This document shows, piece by piece, positions 57,546-64,000 of a stretch of 64,000 nt of DNA. The translations under genes and the position numbers were made by a program. Every line of letters starts with the position of its first letter. Position 1 is the first letter of the stretch. The notes below the pieces were generated by a model. The model was not told the origin of the DNA and did not search any database. It saw nothing but the letters and a program-made list of their open reading frames with translations. Origin of the DNA: Longimicrobiales bacterium (GTDB taxonomy: Bacteria; Gemmatimonadota; Gemmatimonadetes; Longimicrobiales; Gaopeijiaceae); the NCBI GenBank assembly GCA_965116905.1, contig OZ220732.1:2432001-2496000 (forward strand), given 5' to 3'.

Positions 57546-59867
57546 GTGCCTGACGTCAGGCCGGCGGGACGGCGGTCGCTGGTAAAGGTCGCGCTGCCGG
57601 TCCCGGTGCGCCGGGCGTTCACGTATAGCGTCGAGGGCGAGGCGCCCCCGGTCGGGGTCCGCGTTGTGGTTCCGTTCAGTGGACGAACCATGGTCGGGTG
57701 GGTGCTGGGACCGGGGCACGAGGTGCCGCGCGTGCGGGCCGTGCGTTCGGTTCTCGACACCGACCCCGTGATTGGCGACGAGCTGCTGAAGCTGGCCCGC
57801 TGGATGGCCGACTACTACGTGGCGCCGTTGGGGATCGTCCTCAGGGCCATGCTGCCGGCCCGCATGGCAAGCGCGTCCGCAAGACGCCCGCGTCCCCGGA
57901 TGCGCGCAGTGGTCACCGTTGCCCGGCCGATCGGCACCCTCGATGAGCTCGAAAGCACCTTCGGCCGGGCGGTGCGCCAGAGGGAGGCGTACGAGCGGCT
58001 TCAGGAGGCCGGAGGAAGGAAGACGCTGGCCGCCCTGGGCGAGAGCGGCTTCAGTCGCAGCGTGATCAGGGGACTGGAGGCCAGGGGACTGGTGCGCGTG
58101 ACCCGGGAGCCGGTCCTTCGCGACCCGTTCGGCGACCAGCCGGCCGGGAACGCGAAGACGCTGGTCCCGACTGCGGGGCAGCGCGGCGTGCTGGAACCCA
58201 TGTGCGCCGCAATGGGCGAGGGCGGGGGCACGTTTCTTCTGCACGGGGTCACGAGCTCGGGGAAGACGCTGGTCTACATCGAGCTCATCCGCCGCGTTCT
58301 CGAGCGCGGTGGTGGCGCGGTCGTGCTCGTGCCCGAAATCGCGCTGACACCGCAGACCGTCTCACGCTTCCGGGGAGCGTTCGGCGATCTCGTCGCCGTG
58401 TTGCACTCCGGCCTCTCGGACGGGGAGCGCTACGACGCGTGGACCCAGCTCCGGTCGGGTGAGCGGCGCATCGCCATCGGGCCCAGGTCGGCGGTGTTCG
58501 CGCCGGTCGCGGACATCGGCGCGATCGTGGTCGACGAGGAGCACGACGGCAGCTACAAGCAGTCGGAATCTCCGCGCTATCATGCCCGCGACGTGGCGGT
58601 CGTACGCGCCGCGAAAAGCGGGGCCCTGTGCGTGCTGGGATCGGCCACGCCTTCGCTGGAGAGCTGGCAGAACGCGCGTTCGGGAAAGTACGCGCTGCTG
58701 GAGCTTCCGGATCGCGTGGGCGGAGGCGTTCTTCCCGACGTGCGCGTCGTGGACCTCAGGTCGCGGCCGGCCCCGGGAGCCGAGGGTCCGGTCGGCCCGC
58801 CGGAGCCCGGCGTCGGGGGACGGGGCGCTGTCCCGACGGCCCCCCCGGACTCGCGCGCACACCCCGCCGATCCTCCCCCGCGGACACTGTCCCCAGGGCT
58901 TGCGGATGCACTGCGCGAGCGGCTCGAACGGGGTGAGCAGACGATTCTCCTGCTCAACCGGCGCGGCTACGCCTCGTTCGCCCTCTGCGAGACCTGTGGA
59001 GCGGTCGGCGAGTGCTTTCAGTGCTCGGTCTCGATGACCCTCCATCGCGGCCGCGGCCTCATGATCTGCCACCACTGCGGCCACACCGAGGTCCCGGCGC
59101 GGAGCTGCGCCCATTGCGGCTCCAGGGATCTGTCGTTCGGCGGGCTCGGCACCGAACAGGTGGAACGGATCCTGCTGGAGTGCTTTCCCGGCGCACGCGT
59201 GGCGCGGATGGACGTGGACACGACACGGGGCAAGTGGTCCCACCGGGACATCCTGGACCGGGTTCGTGCCGGGAAGGTGGACATCCTGCTGGGCACGCAG
59301 ATGATCGCCAAGGGACTGGATTTTCCACGCGTGACGCTCGTGGGCGTGATCAACGCCGACATCGGGTTGCACCTGCCCGACTTCCGCAGCTGCGAGCGGA
59401 CGTTTCAGCTCCTCGCGCAGGTCGCCGGCCGGGCGGGCCGGGCACGTCTGCCCGGCGAGGTGATCGTGCAGACCTACGTGCCCGACCACTACGTCATCCG
59501 CGCCGCGGTCGCCCACGACTACCGGGGGTTTGCGGATCGCGAACTGGAGGCGCGCCGCGACCCCCCGTATCCGCCCCGCGTTCGAATGGGCAGGGTCCTG
59601 CTGAGCAGCCCGGTCCAGAAGGACGCGCTTGCGTCGGCGGAGCGCCTCGGGAGCTGGCTGCGCGGCCGCCGCGGACCGTGGCCGGATGTGCTGGGCCCGG
59701 CCCCGGCTCCGATCGAGAAGCTGCATGGGCGTTTCAGGTGGCACGTGCTGCTGCGGGGGAGCGTTTCCGACGTGGGACGGGCGTTTCGCCGTATCGCCGA
59801 CGATTTTCGCCCGGTGGGCAAGGACGTGAGGGTTTCGCTCGACCGCGACCCGCAACAACTGATGTGA
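57546..59867 (+). CDS. priA: primosomal protein N'
   Basis: GVTSSGKT, VPEIALTPQ, DEEHD, GSATPS, NRRGY, 4x CxxC, GTQMIAKGLDF, QVAGRAGR. Confidence 0.97.
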   Translation: MPDVRPAGRRSLVKVALPVPVRRAFTYSVEGEAPPVGVRVVVPFSGRTMVGWVLGPGHEVPRVRAVRSVLDTDPVIGDELLKLARWMADYYVAPLGIVLRAMLPARMASASARRPRPRMRAVVTVARPIGTLDELESTFGRAVRQREAYERLQEAGGRKTLAALGESGFSRSVIRGLEARGLVRVTREPVLRDPFGDQPAGNAKTLVPTAGQRGVLEPMCAAMGEGGGTFLLHGVTSSGKTLVYIELIRRVLERGGGAVVLVPEIALTPQTVSRFRGAFGDLVAVLHSGLSDGERYDAWTQLRSGERRIAIGPRSAVFAPVADIGAIVVDEEHDGSYKQSESPRYHARDVAVVRAAKSGALCVLGSATPSLESWQNARSGKYALLELPDRVGGGVLPDVRVVDLRSRPAPGAEGPVGPPEPGVGGRGAVPTAPPDSRAHPADPPPRTLSPGLADALRERLERGEQTILLLNRRGYASFALCETCGAVGECFQCSVSMTLHRGRGLMICHHCGHTEVPARSCAHCGSRDLSFGGLGTEQVERILLECFPGARVARMDVDTTRGKWSHRDILDRVRAGKVDILLGTQMIAKGLDFPRVTLVGVINADIGLHLPDFRSCERTFQLLAQVAGRAGRARLPGEVIVQTYVPDHYVIRAAVAHDYRGFADRELEARRDPPYPPRVRMGRVLLSSPVQKDALASAERLGSWLRGRRGPWPDVLGPAPAPIEKLHGRFRWHVLLRGSVSDVGRAFRRIADDFRPVGKDVRVSLDRDPQQLM

Positions 59868-59956
59868 CCCCGGCCGGGCGATGCGTTATCGTGTTGTGGC
59901 CGGGGCAGATGACTCCGGTGTCCGGCGGCATGCACGACCAAGCAGGAGGTTGCGGG

Positions 59957-60523
59957 GTGAGTTGCCTGGCTCTCAACGCATCGTATGAGCCATTGATGAT
60001 CGTCCCGGCCCGACGGGCGATCCGGCTGGTGCTCGACGAGAAGGCCGAAGTGCTCGAGGCGGATGCCCAACGGGCGTTTCGCTCCGTCCGGTCGCGGCAC
60101 CCCTTCCCGCTCGTGATTCGGCTGGTGCGCTACGTGCACGTGCCCAAGCGATTCCGCCGCCAGGTCACCAACACGTTCCTGTTCGCGCGCGACGAGTACA
60201 CCTGCCAGTACTGCCAGCGCCACAAACGGGAATTGCGCGTTCGCGAGTTCCTCACCCGCGACCATGTGCTTCCGGTCTCGCGGGGCGGGGGCAACTCCTG
60301 GGACAACGTCGTCACGTCGTGCTCCACCTGCAATCACCGCAAGGGCAACCGCTTGCCGCATGAAGTCGGGTTGACGCTTCCCCGGCGTCCCATCGAGCCC
60401 AACCATGTGCAGCTCGTGTGGGCCGTGCGGCGGGTGACGCCCATTCAGGCGAAGTACATCCGCATGTTCTTCGGTGACGACGCCGTGCCCTTCGTGCGGG
60501 ACTCCACGGCCCCGGGCCGCTGA
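59957..60523 (+). CDS. HNH endonuclease (McrA-like)
   Basis: AGGAGG RBS, LALNASYEPL, RDEYTCQYC, LTRDHVLP.SRGG...WDNVVTSCSTCNHRKG. Confidence 0.9.
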   Translation: MSCLALNASYEPLMIVPARRAIRLVLDEKAEVLEADAQRAFRSVRSRHPFPLVIRLVRYVHVPKRFRRQVTNTFLFARDEYTCQYCQRHKRELRVREFLTRDHVLPVSRGGGNSWDNVVTSCSTCNHRKGNRLPHEVGLTLPRRPIEPNHVQLVWAVRRVTPIQAKYIRMFFGDDAVPFVRDSTAPGR

Positions 60524-60527
60524 CGCA

Positions 60528-61139
60528 ATGGATCGATCGGACGACACCAGGCGGGAGCCACCCGGTCAGCCGGCACCACCCGTGCAGCCGGCGCCACCCG
60601 CGCAGCGGGAGCCACCACCCGCGCAGCCGGCGGCGCCCGCCTCGGTGCGCGAAGTCATGAGTCAGCCGCGCAGATACCAGCCCGCGCGTGGTGTACGGCC
60701 GGGACCCCCCGGGCGGAAGCGTTCGGGCGGCTCCGGCAGGCCGTCTCCGGCGAACGCCCAGGCCCCGCTGCAGGCGGCGCGCGAGGCCGCCCAGGGCGTG
60801 CCCTCAGCGAGCTTGTCCCGGGAGATCGAGGTCGACCAGGAGCAGTGGACGGTGCGCGTGACGGGTACAGCCAGCGTAGGTACGGGGACCGACGCGGGGC
60901 CGCGGTTGCTGCACCTTGCCTTCCAGGCGCCTGGCGACCGGCCGAATCCGGAACGCACGGCATACGTATTGGCCAGAGGGATCGACGAGATACCCGAAGA
61001 GGAGCTGGCAAGTGTGGTTGCCGACGTGCAGCGAAGCCCTGACAGGAAGTCGGGGCCGGAAAAGGGACGGAGACACAATAGTTCGAGGACGCGTTCGGCT
61101 CGTCGCGGCCGGCCCGGCAGGAAGTCGAAGCGGCCGTGA
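60528..61139 (+). CDS. hypothetical protein with Pro/Gln-rich N-terminus
   Basis: Low-complexity ends around a globular-looking core (REIEVDQEQWTVRVTG...PRLLHLAF). 18-bp repeats at about 60552-60638. Confidence 0.6.
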   Translation: MDRSDDTRREPPGQPAPPVQPAPPAQREPPPAQPAAPASVREVMSQPRRYQPARGVRPGPPGRKRSGGSGRPSPANAQAPLQAAREAAQGVPSASLSREIEVDQEQWTVRVTGTASVGTGTDAGPRLLHLAFQAPGDRPNPERTAYVLARGIDEIPEEELASVVADVQRSPDRKSGPEKGRRHNSSRTRSARRGRPGRKSKRP

Positions 61140-61205
61140 CGGCCCGGCCAGGCTAACAACTGCCCCGGCAGGGCTGTCCATCCATCGACCACCAGGCGGA
61201 ACTGC

Positions 61206-61235
61206 TTCAACGGGGAGGCCGATACAGGTGTCTAA
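61206..61235 (+). promoter_or_regulatory. possible ECF sigma autoregulated promoter (TTCAAC...TGTCTAA)
   Basis: AAC -35 and GTC -10 elements about 17-18 bp apart, ending 9 nt before the sigma ATG. Confidence 0.4.
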
Positions 61236-61244
61236 TCCCAAGGA

Positions 61245-61802
61245 ATGAGGGAACGGTCCGACGCGGAGTTGGTTATCCGGGCGCGCAGCGGACACGCTGA
61301 ATCGTTTGGGGAGTTGGTCCGGCGTTATCAGAGGCCGGCGTACTCCGTCGCGCTCAGCGTGATCGGCAGGCAACAGGACGCGGAGGACGCGGTTCAGGAG
61401 TCGTTCATGGTGGCGCTGCAACGGCTGGATGACTGTCGGAACCCGGATCGGTTCGCGGGCTGGTTTTTGACGATCGTCCGCAACCGCTCGCGCAACCTTA
61501 TCCGGCGGGAGAGTCTGCGCAGTGGAGATCCGATACCGGCCAGCGCGAGCATCAGGGGCCCGAGCCCCGAAAAGGCTGCAAGCCTGGCCGAACTGCGGGA
61601 AAACCTTCGGGAGGCGTTGAACAGATTGAGCGAAGTCCAGCGGGAGATCGTTCTGCTGCATGATCTGGAAGGCTGGAAGCACTCCGAGATCGCCGAACGG
61701 CTTGGAATGCCTTCCGGGACGGTGCGATCGCACCTGCACTTCGCGAGAAAGGCATTGCGGGTGGAATTGTCCGATTGGCGGGACTACCTAACTGCGAGTT
61801 GA
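61245..61802 (+). CDS. ECF RNA polymerase sigma factor
   Basis: SDAELV, DAEDAVQE, F..W...I.RN, EIAERLGMPSGTVRSHLHFARK. Confidence 0.95.
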   Translation: MRERSDAELVIRARSGHAESFGELVRRYQRPAYSVALSVIGRQQDAEDAVQESFMVALQRLDDCRNPDRFAGWFLTIVRNRSRNLIRRESLRSGDPIPASASIRGPSPEKAASLAELRENLREALNRLSEVQREIVLLHDLEGWKHSEIAERLGMPSGTVRSHLHFARKALRVELSDWRDYLTAS

Positions 61803-61810
61803 GGGTCGCT

Positions 61811-62197
61811 ATGGAAAAGGAAAGACGTGTCACTCTGCTGCGGGCCCTGGACCCGGCGCACGAGCGCCCGGGCTACTGGGAGCGCTTCCGCGCGGAGATC
61901 ATGGAGAGGGCCGCGTTCGAGCTCGCCCGTCGCCGTGATCTGGCAAGGGAATCCGTTGAGCTCGTTCTTTCGGGGTGGTCGCGCAGCCTCATTCCCGTGG
62001 CGCTGGCCGCCGCGGTCATCGCCGCGATCATGGTAAGCGGCGAGGTGGCGCGCGACACCGGTCCGGATGCGGCGCTCGTTCTCGAGGACGTGCTGGCAAG
62101 CGAATTCAGCGATGAGGTGCTGGAGACCGCCATCACCGGTGAAGCACACGAGAGTGCGGTGGCCTTCATGGCCTTCGTGGAAGGGAACCGTCCGTGA
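61811..62197 (+). CDS. putative single-TM anti-sigma factor
   Basis: Directly after the ECF sigma; PGYWERF..EIM followed by an Ala-rich TM segment. Confidence 0.6.
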   Translation: MEKERRVTLLRALDPAHERPGYWERFRAEIMERAAFELARRRDLARESVELVLSGWSRSLIPVALAAAVIAAIMVSGEVARDTGPDAALVLEDVLASEFSDEVLETAITGEAHESAVAFMAFVEGNRP

Positions 62198-62706
62198 TGG
62201 CCCGGTTGAAGCGAGCGCGGGTGGTTTCGGGCGCCCTCCTGGTCCTGGTCGCGGCGGCCGGGTTCCTCGGGGGCCTGGCGTGGCAGGCGAGCCGCACGGA
62301 CTCGGCGCCCTCGGAGTCGCGGGAATCGAGGGACGATCGCGGCCGGGAAGACAGGCGCCTGGTCATCGACCAGGTCGGCCTCACATCCGAAAAACGTGCG
62401 GAGGTGGAAGAGATCATCCAGCACTTCACGGTCCGCATGCGGGCCCTGGACGAGGAGTTTCGGGCGGCGTACCAACCGCTTCGAGAGGCGTATGAACCGC
62501 AGCGCAGGAATCTCTTCCGCGACACCAGGGACTCGATCAGGGCCATTCTGCTGCCCGAGGAGCGGGCGCTGTACGACTCGCTCCTGGCAATCAGGTTCGG
62601 CGACCGTGACCGTGAGCGCGACCGTGACCGTGACCGCGACCGCGACCGCGATTCGTCCGACGAGGAGCGGCGGGGTGAACGGCCGGAGAGAAACGGAGAC
62701 TGTTGA
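62194..62706 (+). CDS. membrane-anchored helical protein, Spy/CpxP / heavy-metal-sensor-like
   Basis: N-terminal TM, VGLTSEKRAEV..I and IRAILLPEERALYD (LTxEQ-like motifs), and a (DR)n tail. Confidence 0.6.
   Translation: MMARLKRARVVSGALLVLVAAAGFLGGLAWQASRTDSAPSESRESRDDRGREDRRLVIDQVGLTSEKRAEVEEIIQHFTVRMRALDEEFRAAYQPLREAYEPQRRNLFRDTRDSIRAILLPEERALYDSLLAIRFGDRDRERDRDRDRDRDRDSSDEERRGERPERNGDC
62602..62649. repeat. hexamer microsatellite GACCG(T/C) x8 encoding (DR/ER)n
   Basis: Read directly from the sequence. Confidence 0.9.
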
Positions 62707-62710
62707 TATT

Positions 62711-64000
62711 GTGAGACATACGTTTGGAATATCGTTCGCCGGTCTGGCCATAGCGCTGACCGCGACCGCTTCGGACCGCGCTCTTGCCCAGGACGCCGGA
62801 CAGGAGATGACGCTGGACGAGGCGCTGGAAATGGCGCTGGTCCACAGTCCGCAACTGGCCCAGAGTCAGGCCAACCTGAGCAACGCGGGGAGTTCGCGCC
62901 GGCGTGCATGGGGGTCCTTCCTGCCCAACCTCAGCGTCGGCTCGGGCGCGTCCGTGCAGAGCCTCGACCGCTTCGATCCCAACACCCAGCGCGTCGTGAC
63001 CGGGAGCAACGACTCCTACAACGCTTCGCTGAACGCGAACTACCAGGTCTTCCAGGGTGGGCGCAAGTTCCATGAACTGGGGCGCACCGAGTCGAGCATC
63101 ATCGAGGCCGAAGCGCGTCTTCAGGACCAGCGTTTTGCGGTGGTGCTGCAGACGCGCACGCTGTTCATGAACGCGTTGCGTGAGTTCGAACTGGTCGCCG
63201 TTGCGGAGGCGAGCGTCGCGCGGGCCGAAGAGAGCCTTGCGATCAGCCGGGCGCGGATGCTGGCCGGGACGGCGACGCGGTCCGACACGCTGCGTACGAG
63301 GCTGGAACTCGCCAACGCGCTCCAGGCGGCGTTGCAGGCACGCAATCAGCTGCGGGTCGCTCGCTTCTCCCTGGGTCGCCAGGTGGGTGCCAGCGGTCCG
63401 GTGGTGCCGGTCCTTCCCGAGGATCTGGATCCGGCGCCGCTGCTGATCAGCGAACGGGAGATCATCGCGTTGGCCGAGTCCGTTTCGCCGGCCGTGCGCG
63501 CGGCCGAGGCGGCATCGGCGGTAGCACGATCCGCGGTCGGCAACGCCCGGAGCTCGTACCTGCCCTCGCTTTCGGTCTCGTCCGGGTACACGTGGGCCAA
63601 CCAGGATCCGACGTTCAACGGCGGCAACACGAGCTGGAACTTCCGCCTTTCGGGCAGCTACCAGCTCTTCGACGGCTTCCAGCGCGAGCAGAACGTCAGC
63701 CAGGCGTCCGAGAGCAGGCGGGTGGCGCGGCTTTCGGAGGACGATGCCCGCAGGAGCGTGCGCCAGAGCGTCGACGGCGCTTTGCGGACGCTGGAAACGC
63801 AGGAACAGGCCATCCTGATCGCGCAGGACGCGGTCGTCGTGGCCGAAGAGGACCTGAGGCTCATTCGTGCGCGCTACGGCGTACAGGAGGCCGCGATCCT
63901 CGATGTGATCACCAGCCAGGTGGCGCTGGATCAGGCCGAGGCCAATCTGGTGACCGCAAGGTATGACTACGCGCTTGCAAAAGCGGAACTCGAATCGATT
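62711..64000 (+). CDS. TolC family outer membrane protein (3' end beyond window)
   Basis: GTG start, signal peptide, MTLDEALEMALVHSP, FLPNLS, YLPSLS, ending in frame with RYDYALAKAELESI. Absent from the ORF track, consistent with no stop codon inside the window. Confidence 0.9.
   Translation, partial: MRHTFGISFAGLAIALTATASDRALAQDAGQEMTLDEALEMALVHSPQLAQSQANLSNAGSSRRRAWGSFLPNLSVGSGASVQSLDRFDPNTQRVVTGSNDSYNASLNANYQVFQGGRKFHELGRTESSIIEAEARLQDQRFAVVLQTRTLFMNALREFELVAVAEASVARAEESLAISRARMLAGTATRSDTLRTRLELANALQAALQARNQLRVARFSLGRQVGASGPVVPVLPEDLDPAPLLISEREIIALAESVSPAVRAAEAASAVARSAVGNARSSYLPSLSVSSGYTWANQDPTFNGGNTSWNFRLSGSYQLFDGFQREQNVSQASESRRVARLSEDDARRSVRQSVDGALRTLETQEQAILIAQDAVVVAEEDLRLIRARYGVQEAAILDVITSQVALDQAEANLVTARYDYALAKAELESI

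Noticed and set aside
59957..60523. HNH gene as a mobile element, homing or Cas9/IscB-like nuclease
   Set aside because: Short stand-alone McrA-like protein with no RuvC motifs, intron context or terminal repeats.

Overview
High-GC bacterial chromosomal window with about 50 protein-coding genes. I found no rRNA, tRNA, CRISPR array or intact transposase. The SusC/SusD pair, choice-of-anchor B protein, homodimeric GlyRS and calcium-binding Ig/cadherin-like repeat protein suggest Gemmatimonadota, possibly host-associated; this is inference only. From left to right: (1) a type II-like restriction-modification pair (gamma-class amino-MTase plus an atypical PD-(D/E)xK nuclease); (2) accessory genes, including two antitoxins whose toxins are missing (hicB) or deleted to a stub (higB-higA) but whose promoter/operator sites look intact; (3) a ~15 kb minus-strand SusC-SusD-CocE/NonD-tricorn-unknown-M16/M16 cluster that looks like a peptide-utilisation locus, my best candidate for an undescribed system; (4) a TRAP transporter, gpmI with an in-frame VNTR, an EEP protein, pyrC, nfuA, glyQS and a YheT-like hydrolase; (5) a 10-repeat Ig-like surface protein; (6) an NSS transporter, nth, an HD hydrolase, and a BlaR1/BlaI module next to a beta-lactamase-like hydrolase; (7) pxpABC, a 37-aa MetS-like ORF, carB, an HDAC-family deacetylase, a variant CcmH, an M24 peptidase, priA and an HNH nuclease; (8) an ECF sigma / anti-sigma-like / Spy-like / TolC (partial) cluster. 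Short tandem micro-duplications recur throughout, often at gene ends. All calls are from motif recognition by eye; no searches were run.
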